This document shows positions 12,587-24,787 of a stretch of 64,000 nucleotides of DNA, piece after piece. The stretch is from the NCBI GenBank assembly GCA_950097015.1, contig CATNEN010000010.1, positions 1,550,001 to 1,614,000 of the forward strand, given 5' to 3'. The DNA is from Macrostomum hystrix. Its lineage: Eukaryota; Animalia; Platyhelminthes. The notes under the pieces are model-generated. The model did not search any database. It was not told the origin of the DNA and saw only the letters and a list, made by a program, of their open reading frames with translations. The position numbers were made by a program, and so were the translations under genes. Within the stretch, counting starts at the first letter, position 1. Each line of letters starts with the position of its first letter.

Positions 12587-15501
12587 TCATACGTGACGGC
12601 CTCCATCGGGCTGTCCAAACAGCTGGTAGCCATGGCGCTCCCGCTCTCGGCACATCAGTACACAGGAGGCCAGCAGGCCCAGCAGCTGCAGGATGACCAC
12701 AACCAGGGCGAAGGCGGCGAGCAAGCCCATGTAGCGGGCGAAGTCGTGCTCCAGTTTGCTGAGGCAGCCGACTTTGAACACGCGGCCATCGGAGGCCGGG
12801 TCGGAGCCGTTGCATCTGCGGTCCCTGCAGCAGGAGTCCGGCACGGTCATATTGTTCTGCCTGGCCCAAGGCGTCTCCTGCCAGTCCGTGAAGTTGTTCA
12901 CACCGCAGCACTGGTAGACGGACTGGATGAAGTCCACTTCAGATTTCAGCATCGAGGTGTTGTGGTAGCTCTGCAGCTCCTTGCTCATCTCGGTGTCGAT
13001 GGAGTTGCGGACCTGTCCACTGCAGATGGATTAGGGGGTGAGACAGGACTCGTGTCTCTTTACTAAGCAAACCCTGTCCACTGCAGATGGATTAGGGGGT
13101 GAGACAGGACTCGTGTCTCTTTACTAAGCAAACCCTGTCCACTGCAGATGGATTAGGGGGTGAGACAGGACTCGTGTCTCTTTACTAAGCAAACCCTGTC
13201 CACTGCAGATGGATTAGGGGGTGAGACAGGACTCGTGTCTCTTTACTAAGCAAACCCTGTCCACTGCAGATGGATTAGGGGGTGAGGCAGGACTCGTGTC
13301 TCTTTACTAAGCAAAACTGAAAAGACGGGGTTCATTGATTCCAGTGGGTTCTATCACTCTGGCTGTTCTAACTCCGCTCTTCTAGAGATCAAAGCTTGTT
13401 TAAAGTTTCAAAATAGCAGCTGCAAAGTTTAAACAAATATAGAAAAAAATCAAGATTTAGGGCTCTGGGTTTGAACAAATGACACGGCTATGAGTTGCCA
13501 GCGCCTACCAGTTTGGCCAGGTGACTCACTATGTGAAAATTAAACTATAATTAGACTTGTGCCAGGTGTCTGAGGGATTGCCTGGTGTCTGAGGGATTGC
13601 CAGGTGTCTGAGGGATTGCCAGGTGTCTGAGGGATTGCCAGGTGTCTGAGGGATTGCCAGGTGTCTGAGGGATTGCCAGGTGTCTGAGGGATTGCCAGGT
13701 GTCTGAGGGATTGCCAGGTGTCTGAGGGATTGCCAGGTGTCTGAGGTCGTTATTTTCAGTGGTAAGTGGCTGGATTTGCCCTGGAGCCAAGACTCACTGG
13801 AACACGATGCCCATGCTGGCAGCGGTGACCTCGCCGATCAGGATGAGCAGCAGGAGGATGAAGAAGGTGCTGAGCAGGCAGCGGTTCTCATTGATGCAGG
13901 CGAAGCAGCCAATGACGCCCAGCAGGAACAGGAAGATGCCGGAGCCAATGATGACAACTGTGGGCACCAGGGTGTTGGTAGCCTGCGCAATGTTCTCAAT
14001 TTTGCCTGCTCCATGCCAGATAACTGCACCAACCACAATCAGGCAGGCTGAGGCGACCTGTGGTTTGAAAGAGGCATTTAACTAGTTTTTGGTGTAAAAA
14101 AATTGAGTTTCAAAAAAGTAATATTTTTGCATACCCAAAATGTTTAACATTTTTAGGATAACTTTCCTGTTAGTTTCGATTTTGAGTCAAGAGGGTTTTG
14201 TGTATAATTTTAAGTACTTGAAAAAGACACAATATTGAGTACATGAGCTACATAAGCATAAAAACATGTTTGGATTCTTTATCCATTTCTCTAACATGAC
14301 CATTCAATATCAACTCCCTACCCATTACTTCTTTCATTCTCCTATTTGCAGTCAATGCAGCACCAACACACATGCCTTACCCCTCTTAATTTAGATACTT
14401 AATGTCATTTAGAAAACAATTTAGCAGAAAATGATGCAGTGTTACAATTGACAACTTTTACAAGCTTACTTCTTTATTGTCAAGCTTGAGTGTTTAATTG
14501 CTGTTTTAAAGTCATAATGAAATTTTCAATCAAATACAATATGAAATGTGTAAAATGCATTACTTGCTAAGATAACATAACAACAATATGCTAACTAGTT
14601 TGTATATGTATTGCATAACTTGCTAGCTTTCAAATTTTATGTAATAATTAGAATTAAGATTTTTCAACTTAAAATAAATAAATAAATATAGTTATTCTAT
14701 AGAAATAACTATTTCCCCATTTAGGGATATGAAAAATGATTGCAATCAAAGTCCTGAAGTATATGCACAAATTCTGAAAAGTATGGTATTTTTCGATAAA
14801 TTTGATATGTTGAAACTCAGTTTGGTCATTCAAGAGGTAGTCCATTGCAAACAAGAAACAGACAACCAAGATTTTTGTTTTAGTATTTAAATATTAGCCA
14901 TGTAGGCCACCCTCTGAGTTGCCTCAATCCTCTTAGCAATGAAGTTAAGATTATTAGGTTATGATATTAAAATAAAGTGAATTAAAAATTTGCATACTTA
15001 TTTGGGCCCATTTGACATCTTTCTGTGAAGAAATTATGAAAATTGGTTGAGCTGTATGGGAGACAATTGATTGCAAACATACAAGCAAGCAAACAAGATA
15101 TACATTTTTTGTATATTAATGAAGATAATTTATAAATTATATACATACAAATTTATATACAAGATAATATTTCAATATTGATGTTACAATATACTTTTTA
15201 TTCTATCCCAAGACAATACTAGCTAACAAATTTTACTTTAAAAAAACAGCAAAGCTGCTAGTTTGGTTGCATTGTGACATGTAAGTATATGAGAAGCTCT
15301 TTTTAATTTTCCCACAGTTAAAGATAACTAGAAGTTTTTTAGTTTAGTTATTTTGAACATCAAGGTTTCAATATAGTCATTAGTCAGTAAGAAAATTTAC
15401 GAAAATAATATTTTCACTAGGAAAGCAAGTGCGATACTTACCCATAAAGAAATGAAAATAATTGACAGAATAAGCTTCGAGAAAATCTCTGAAAATCCCA
15501 T
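12587..15501 (-). CDS. Tetraspanin, 250 aa, 3 coding exons (15501-15442, 14057-13798, 13019-12587)
   Basis: Four hydrophobic helices, GxxGCF in TM2, and CCG (YQCCGV) plus PDSCC motifs in the large loop. Canonical GT-AG sites with phases 0 and 2 sum to 753 nt. Confidence 0.93.
13013..13315. repeat. 61-bp tandem repeat, about 5 copies, each containing the tetraspanin exon-3 splice acceptor
   Basis: Period of 61 read directly (TGCAG at 13021, 13082, 13143, 13204, 13265). Confidence 0.95.
13558..13745. repeat. 19-bp minisatellite (GAGGGATTGCCAGGTGTCT), about 10 copies, tetraspanin intron 2
   Basis: Unit read directly. Confidence 0.95.
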
Positions 15502-17946
15502 TGCTCCGCCAGACAAGCAGATAACTATGTGTCAGTGATTTTTTAGCGAAAGAGAGTTGAAAGTGTTAACTCTGTATTGAAGTCCTGAGCTGATTGTTCC
15601 CCTTTAAAAGCAAAAGTTTTGAAAAATCAAACACAGTAGTAAATATTGACAAAAAGTCACATGACAGGAAAAAATAGATAATGATAAAAATACTGCTAAG
15701 TTTTCTAAAAATGCTATGTATGGTTAGTTTTATTAGACAAATAACTGATTCATAAATAACATTTTTGCTTTGTAAAGTTTTACTTTTGTGTTTTTGTGCA
15801 CAAAGAACCGGAAGATTATATTTAAATTGCAACAAGAAAATAATAAGTCTAAATAATATCAAATAATTCATACTTTCATTATTGGCTTAAATGGCATCTT
15901 GCCTGAGCCAATCGACGATACAAATTATCTAGATACCACAGGCTCTTTAATTAACTTTTAATTAACGCGTTTGTAGGTATAAGACTTAGAAATCTGAATG
16001 GAATTTAAGTGAGCGTTAGTTGGTAACTAAAACTAAAAATAGCAACAGCAGAAAGAGCGAGCAACTGAAAGGAGAAGGATTAGACAAAACCCGCCCTGAG
16101 ATCAATTAATCATTTCAGCACAAACCCAGCGCGGCAGGGCAGCAGCGGTGCTGTCGTGGAGCTGCCTGAGACCGGATCCGCGGCTGTGCTGACGTGGAAC
16201 CACCCGAGACCGGACCTGCAGCTGCGCTGACGTGGAGCTGCTGGTATCAACCCGGCCTGTCCCGACCCACAGCTGCCTGAATCGACCCAACCCAGCCGAA
16301 ACTGGAGCCGCCCGGACCCGATCGGGAACGAGAGCTGGAGGAGCCCGGGATCGCACAAGAAGACGGGATCGATGAAAGGAGAGGGGATAACGAACAATAG
16401 GAAAGAGATCTCAGTAGAGGGAGGAACGCATCATAACTCAGCTAAGACATTTTAAGAATTTTACCCACCCTCCATAGGAGAGGGGTTGGCGTGCCTGCCA
16501 ACCAAGTAGCACAATGATTAATGACTGTAATAGACTAGAGGCTGCGACCTCAACCCGCATAAATTCTCTCGCCAGATGTTGCTACGGTATTGCCCCCCTC
16601 GGATCGAGGGGTTTTAAAGATAATATATATATCGGTGCGGAGGGCGGGAAAAGATCCGCCGCTCCAGTTAGTTAGAGACTCACTTTGAGCTCCGCTTAGA
16701 TAAACTAGAAAATCATTGTGTTTGCGTTCTTTCTTAAGTAGAATCCGTGATAACGATCTAGAGAGATCACTACGACCAGCCGGTATACTGAGTATCGATA
16801 GTCGTTAGGAGTTATAGCCTTCAAGACTTTTAGACTGCAATAAACCGCTAGACAAATTATAGGAAAACTACAAGTGAAGAAGAAGAGACATCAAAACTTG
16901 AAGCGCTATAGTAGGTTTGCTCAGTGTCCCCGAAGTCCGTCTATACTTAATTTAATGCGCTTTTGTGCTTCAAGTTCTATCACGTATAGTTTTCATGCGT
17001 TTCAGACCGGACTTTTAAAAAAAAGTCAGGGGAAATCAGCATTTTTTGTTTCTGTAGGTAGCGCTTGATGAAAATAGCTAGCTTGTTTTTGTAGCGAAGT
17101 TGAAAATTCATTTAGCTGTAAAAGCCAAGTAATCTTAATTCCTAATTTGTCAACAAAAAGGCTGTCAAAGCACTATTGTAGTATTACAATCGCATTGGCG
17201 AAAGGTATTTAGTTGCAATATATACTAAAATTCTTGAAACAGGTAAGAATTTATTAACTTCAATCTAATGTAGCCATATGGCAATCATGCATGCAAAACA
17301 ATTGCTTGGATAACATTGAGATAGTTGTTGTACCACTGCACCATGCATGCTCTTTTAAATTGATTGTCATACGTTAGAATACGCCGAAACTCGAAGTTAC
17401 TTAGACTCTGCATCCTTTTAAAATGTGTCCAAATAGCAGCAGTATTGGCCCGTCATACATTTAAACAATACTCGAGCAAAAATAGACAAGTGAGAAAATC
17501 ACTTGAATGAATTGAATGAATCCAAGAGAGAAAGGCAGAGCCCCACATAGAATAAAAAATCTGATTAGCTTGATGAAAAAAATACGCTCGAAATGGAAGA
17601 CAAGTGCCATTTCATCCGTCTCCTATCGATGGTTTGCTGATTAATTTTTTGTCGAGAGACACGAGTCCCTTCTGAGTCCTGCATGCGTGATGTGTTGGCG
17701 GCATATTGCACACTACGCATTGCGGAATCGATGCGGGCTTTCAGTTTTCTGCTATGTTTTCCTCAGTTGCCATGGCACCTGCGAAACATTTTTCCTAGTG
17801 CGAGTTGCTTTATATATGTCCAAATGATAGCTATTCCGTCATTTTGCGAGGCAGTGATTTATTTGATTTATTTAGAATTCACAGAAATTATTTTGTTATT
17901 ATTCACAAATTATTCACAGAAATTATTTAGAAATCACTTTGGTGCA

Positions 17947-20900
17947 ATGCTACCTTTAATACCATTGCTTTCTATCTTACTAATCCTTCCTGCGCCGGGG
18001 CTAGGCCAGAGCAACCAGAACATCACCTGGGTGATGGAGAAGATCGGCCATCATCCATCTTTCGTGACCTACGGCACTCAGCTGCGCTTCCGTGTCACCG
18101 GCACCCTGCCGAACGGCATGGTTACGGAGGTTCGCGCAGAGATCTACACCCCGAGTGACTCCATCTCCGCCCTGTTCTCTCTCTGCTCTCCGCAAGTAAT
18201 CTCGATCGGTCCCAACCTGCTAGGATCCAACATGACAGAACTGAACAACCAATGGATTCTGGAAGCCAAGGGAAACGATTATCGGAACGAAAGAGCTTCG
18301 CTCACCATAGTAAATCTCACAAGCGTCGGCTCGAGCGCTCTAGTATCGGACAACCAAATCGTGTTCGAATTCACGTCGAAAGTTTTGAATTCTCCGAGAA
18401 TGGTGAACAACATGACCTACAATGTCAGCTTTGGTGCTCGGTACGATAATAATTCCAAGATTTGGATAGGTCAGGCCTCTTACGCGTGGTCCAATCTGAC
18501 AGGAAACTCGACCACGACAACCAACTCGCTGACCCTTTCGGGACCATCAAGCCTGAGGATTGGAGAAACTGGAGTATTTACTGTTACCTTCAGAACTGGT
18601 GCGATGCTTAATCAGCTGATTCTAGACATTTTCTCGCCTTTTAACTCCACTGATTTAATGTCTATTTGCTACGTTGGCATCGGAGACGATACTGGAAAGT
18701 CCTTTTCGTGCGGCTCCACCGAGGGAAACCTCACCTACCCGAAAAGAATTCTGGTTGACCCAGACTCTGGAGAGTACTACAATTCCATCGCCACCTTCGA
18801 TGCCGGGGAACTAATCAATGGGGAATTCAGGACAATGGTGACGTCTGCGATGGATGACACAATTACTTTCAAGATTGCGGTGCGCATGCTTAGTGCATGT
18901 GTACCTGGCACTGAGTACAAAATCGGAGTAGCTGCTCAGCACAACTTCGCGCAGATTTGGATTGACAATCTAAACGTCACTGCTGTAGCGGCCAACTGGA
19001 GCACTCCGATTGAAACGTTACCAACGGCAAATATTGCAGCAAAGATGGACCAGATCCGAATCGGCGCATCAACATCCGTTTTTGTAAACATTAGCACGCC
19101 TAGAAACACGACATTCCCGATCAGCGTTGAACTGTCTTTGCCATTTAATGACACGCAGGCAATCATGGCGTTCCAAAGGCTGCGTGTTGTGCATGTCGGA
19201 CGCAATATGCCTTGTATTTATTATAGCAACAAATCCATCGCCACAGCCAGTTCGGTCGGAGATTCCGTTAAAGATCATGTGACGTTTAATCTTGGAATGG
19301 TGACAAACCTTGGAATTAGGAGCGGTCTGTATGATGACACAATCGCCATGGAGTTTTCCGTCCTGCTGCTAAATCACTCCCTCATAGCTTCAGGAGGCGA
19401 GGTTAAGGTCATTGTCGGAGCTAGATTTGGTTCCATCATCTGGGTGGCGGCTCAAAACTTTACGGTCGTAACTTCGCAGCAAATATACCCTGCAACAAAA
19501 CTGCCGCGTGTTTCATTTAGCAACTTGATGTCAACGGAAAACATCTACAATGGCACTGCTAATGCATTTCTGGTGGAGATCTACCAGCCAGTTGGAACAC
19601 AGTTCGAAAACATGGAGATTGAGATAGAAACAGTGATGGACAACAATCGAGCCGTGCTGTCTATCTGCAATGTGCAGATTGTTCACATTGGCAGCCACTT
19701 TGTTAACATTAGTGAGAAATCATTGTCTGTGATTAACGTATCGACTGCAGACGATGGCAGGGTCAATAAGGTCCTAATAAAATTCCCCGGAGGATTCCTT
19801 TCGAACGTTGGCTACATGGACTACCCGTGGCTGTCTGAGAAGAATTCGATACGATTCAATGTGTTTGCCTTTATTACGCCACATTACATTGTAAACGCCT
19901 CAAATCTGTTTAGCAATACCTTGTACTGGATCTCCTGCCGTATCACGAATACCCCAAGCGTTCCGTTTGCAAAGCAGTTCAACCTCCGGTACGACCCAGT
20001 CACGATGTTCAACAGTGTTTCCATTGCTAATCAGTCCGTAGTAACCACCGCAAGGCAGACCCCAAACACCACCGTGTGGGTTGGCGGCTCTTACACAATG
20101 CTAGTCAACATGACCAGCGTGCCTCAGGCCTACGGCCACTATAGCATCTACGCGACTTCTTTAAGTGAAAACCTCAATATCTGTCGCATTGGACTCTCAA
20201 AGAGGGGCAGGAACATTCCCTGCTTGGGTTCCATGATCAGTCCGAGCAAAGCCTTATTTGCTAATTCCGAGTCAGTTCGGGACTACACTCTTGATCTGCT
20301 AAACTTCGCGAATTTCGGCCAGACAAATAGGCTTTATTCTGGTAGCGATAACTCTGCCCTATTTGATGTAGTTTTTCAACTAACATCCGGCACTACAGGA
20401 CTAAAGGCTTATGGTAGAAGTTCCTTCAACCTAGGATCCAGCACAATTTGGACAGATGCGGTGAATTTGACTGCCAACGCCACTTTGCCGGAAGTTAATT
20501 TTAGCCCGAAATTTAACATTCAAATGAGAAACAATTCGGACCAGGTAGTTGTGAACGGATTCCACACTGTCGAGCTGGAAGGCTACCTGCCCGTGGACAC
20601 CATCGGTAATTATACTGTTGATTTCTTGGTTCCCTTCAACTCTTCCGACCACGGGAAGATGCACATTTGCTCCCTGCGCTTAGTAACCGCCGGTTGGAAT
20701 CTACCGTGTGTGAATGACTCGCGGCTTTCAAGGCGCTTCTATGATACCTATTCCACCGGTGTTTACGACAGGGCCGAAATTGCTCTGGGACTCATCCAGA
20801 ACATAGCTATCACCGGTCCCGTAGAACAAGTCGATAACAAAATTAGAATCGAAGCAGAAATATTTATCAACGGATCCCTGACCAGCCCAGGAGAAACTCT

Positions 20901-23160
20901 TTGGATTGGAGCGCTCGTCAACATCAGCAACAGTCGCATTTGGGTTGGTTCAAAGTCAATAACAGTTGTCAGCAGCATGCCATCATTGGAAAAACTTCGT
21001 CCAAGTGTTGCAGTCACCGATCGGCAGCCTATTGGCATGCGAATTTTCGAAGAAAGACTTTTCACATTTAACATTTCTATGGCCGAAGCGCTTACCAACA
21101 TGTCGATTACCATATTTACCAATGTCAGTTCTGGCGAGGCCGTGTTTACTCTCAGAGACTTTAACCTAAGTTTTATCGGATCAAACTTTTGTTGCCTTGA
21201 CCGTGTTAGGCTTGTCTTTAGCAATGAATCGACGCTGGGCAACTCCCAGGCTGACAGGCTGACCGTGTCTGGCATTATCGCCAACTCGGGCATCTGGCGT
21301 CGCTACCAGTGGGCCCAGTACAAAAAAGACCACGACGTGATTCAGCTTCAAGTCAAGGCTCGCCTTACAGACCACACTCTAAACTTTATCGGCGCCGTGC
21401 AGAATATTTATTGCCAATTGACCTACAATGGACTCACCGTCATTGGCAAAGCGCCTGTCCAGGTGATCGCAGCTCCGGAGGACAAGCCGCAGTTGCAGAT
21501 CTTCCAGACCGAAATCCTGACCTTACCCCTAACCAGCAAAACTCCTGGAACACAGCTTCAGCTTAACATCCGCCTTAACCATACAGAAAACTCTCGCGGA
21601 AATGCCTACAATGTGAATCTCTACTGGTATTTGCCGTACATTCTTGGCTACACAGCTCTTGTTCAGTCGGCTCCCGGATCCGTGACCATAGTCAACAAGA
21701 CAGACGTCAATGAAGGCTTAGTCATCTCGATTCCTTCAGTTTTCTACACGGAAGAGATTACGGTGACTGTCAACGTTACTGTAGATCCACGCAGAACCCT
21801 TAGCATTGGCAGCGGTATCACTCCTGTGACACTTCTCGCCGATGCCTTCTATACCTGTCGAAACAAGTCAGCCGGTCTAACTTCGATTGAGGCTCTATCC
21901 ACCTACACGCCCACCTACCGCAACACCATCGAGATCTACATACCCGACTGCTACAACCCTCTCGGTATGGAGTCCGGCGGCATCCAGGACTGCCAGATCA
22001 CAGCTAGTGGTCATCTGGGAAGTGACGTTGCGACAAAGGGCCGCTATAACTCAGACAGGGCCTGGTCCAGTCCGCACCGAGGCCCACCATTCTATGGTAG
22101 CGAATACCTGGAGATTAGCCTAGGCAACCGGACTAGAGTCACGGCCGTTCGCCTGCAAGGCCATGGCAGCGACGCGAACAACCGGGTGGACACATTCTGG
22201 CTGCAGCACAGCGAAGAGGGGCTACTTTGGTTTGACTTCACCGCTAGCGGAACTGGTACCAAGGAGGTAAACGTATTTGAACTTCGAATTGTGAATTATG
22301 AGCTTTCTCATTTTATTTTATTTCGGAAAAGCTAGACGTTCTTGGAAAATTTTAGTTGATTCTGTGACCCTAACCTATATGGAGATGTGCAGTGGACATA
22401 GTTTGGTATAGCGAAGCTAATTAACATTCAGATTTTAAATAGAGGTATTGATTGTAGATTGAATTTTACACTACAGACATTCAACGCAAGTTACAATGGC
22501 GGCTCAGCATACGTCACACTGAGTCGTCCGGTTGCCACACGATTCATTCGTTTGCTCCCCCTGGCCGGGGCGCCGAGCAGATTTAGTCGGTCACTGCGCG
22601 TTGAGCTCTATGGCTGCCGCTTGACAGAGGACAACCCGGTAGCTGAGGCCTGCTACGAGATGACAGCAACAGTTCCCGGCGCTTCGCCCCAGGGCCGCGG
22701 ATACGTAGTGAACCCCGCTGACGGCGTTCTGTTCGTCTGCATGCTGAACCGGCCTGGTGGGCACAGCCGTTGCTCGCGCACCGCCGACTTCGGCGCCACA
22801 TGGGAGCGTCTTGACGACCTTGTCAGCCAGATCGGCTTCGTGCAGCCGGCCGCCTCACGGCTCTATGGCACTTCATATGACCATGCCTGCAGGGTTCGCT
22901 CCGACGACGGCGGCTGGACCTGGAGCACCGTGTCCGAGGAGGAGTACGCGGCCAACCTGCCCGCCGGCCGGCAGGCGGTCGAGGTGCCCTGGTGGGACTT
23001 CAGTAGCAGCAATGCCAGCGCTCTATTTGGCGCCTACGGCTTGACTTTCAACTCTAGCCACGCATTCAGCGTCGACATGCAGGGCCTTCACCTGAGCACT
23101 GATGGGCTCAATAGGACCTGGACGCTCATCACCTACTGGTCGCAGCACGGCTGGATTTGA
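17947..23160 (+). CDS. Large secreted protein (about 1667 aa): signal peptide, about 7 tandem 150-190-aa beta-rich repeats, F5/8 type C (discoidin) domain, C-terminal Asp-box/BNR-like motifs; exons 17947-22266 and 22477-23160
   Basis: Signal peptide MLPLIPLLSILLILPAPGLG. Discoidin signature CYNPLGMESGGIQDCQITAS...YLEISLG...VTAVRLQG...ATRFIRLLP...SLRVELYGC is completed across a phase-0 GAG|GTAAAC...CTACAG|ACA intron. Asp-box-like RTADFGATW and RSDDGGWTW. Many N-x-S/T sequons. Confidence 0.9.
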
Positions 23161-24787
23161 TGCGAAATTTGACTTGTCGGGCTCTGAGCATCCATGCTAG
23201 CAGCCGAAGTGGATTGCGTGATGAATTGATATAAGAAAAGTAGGATTTACGCCTAGAGACGGCTCATTATACTAAAGCTTAATAATGAGCTAAACAAGTC
23301 AATTTTTAGACCACGATCAATGCTTCGGCTGCATAGCAGACATACTTTGAGCCCAATACAAGCGATCATAAAGTCGATTAACTTTGGCTGCTCACGGATC
23401 TAACACTAAAGAAATTCTGAAAATGTAGATCTACCATGCTACGAGCGTATATATTAACGGCACAGTCTCCGTCCTTTATATTAATTTTGAAAGAAAACTT
23501 TTTTTTTATCAAAATTTATCTGAAAGTTATTTAAATATCGAAGTTTTTCGTTTGCAATTGATTAGTCGGAAAAGAAATTCGTTTCCTAGATTTTTTCAGT
23601 TTTTTTCTTTGAAATCACACAAATCCACAAGCTATATGCCTTTTTACGTCATTAGATCCACAATCTAAAATGCATAAAATAATATTTATTTTTCTCGCAG
23701 AAAAATAAGTCGTTGAGGTGTATCGCGATTTCGTCTAAATTAATTCGCAAAATTTTTCAAAATAAACACGAAGACAAACGATAAACTTTATTCCAAAGCA
23801 ATAAAAAATGCAGTTAAAACAATTTGATTTTCTGGGATTTGCCTCTCAAAAGACACTCAGTCTGGTCTGAGCCGGGGAAGCGTGCAGCGGGCTTGGCGAT
23901 GAACAGGAACATCGCCTTTGTTTGTTGCCATGGCTTCGCAATAAAATAGAAGCTATATGCAAATTCTACAGACTGGCAAGGAGAAACAGATACCATCCGA
24001 CAGATTCGTGTAGGGATAATTCCCATGATTGGTATGGGATGAATCGTGAAGCAAGTGGGGAATTGTGGAGAGTTGCTGCCGCATCGTTTGCGTCACTATG
24101 CAGGCTAAGCATTGAAGCAAGCGTAAGCTATTGTGAGAATGCAAAATTGACTGCGCTGATTTAATCAGAGAACTTGAAATATTCCTTCCTCTATTGCCCA
24201 CTTCAGAGTAGAAGTCAAAGGCGGAGGTGAAGAAGATTTTTCGAATATTATTTTCATATGATCGACTACATTTTTAAACATAATACTTAAAAGTAGCCAA
24301 GCTATTTTTCATCAGAACAAGCTTAAAAGCAAACAACAAAATGGACTTGCGTTTCATAGTTCTTTGTGCGTACTTCGCATTTCCATTAAGTAAATAACGC
24401 GGTCCATTGGCAGGGCAATTAAAATATGCGTCAGACGGGCTACTCAATAATGATCCTTTCCCCAATACTTCGAAAAGTAGGGAAGCGCATTGCGTTGTGC
24501 GGTCCGCTAACGAGCAGCCTATTTTTCATTGTCCTCTCCTTGTAGGCTATTGACGTCTAGTAATTATAGTCCTTGGTCTAGACAGGGATATAAAGCTAAA
24601 GAAAGGTCGAACAGTTTCGACGGGAAGCTTCGAGTTTTAATTACCAAACTTTTTTGTTCCCCCCGAGCCTGGACTAATGAGCTCTTGCCGAGCTGTTATA
24701 AATCAGATGCACTTTGCAACGACGCAAAGGATGCTGACCTAATTTTTGTTCGGACTTGTCTTGTCTCGAAAACTTGTTTGCATCGGA

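Noticed and set aside
16100-16900. GC-rich block followed by an LTR-like AT/GC mosaic with AATAAA
   Set aside because: No second copy, terminal TG..CA pair or retroelement ORF in the window, so no call can be supported.
17683-17946. 88-codon N-terminal extension of the discoidin protein ORF
   Set aside because: AT-rich and non-coding-like. The ATG at 17947 is directly followed by a clear signal peptide.
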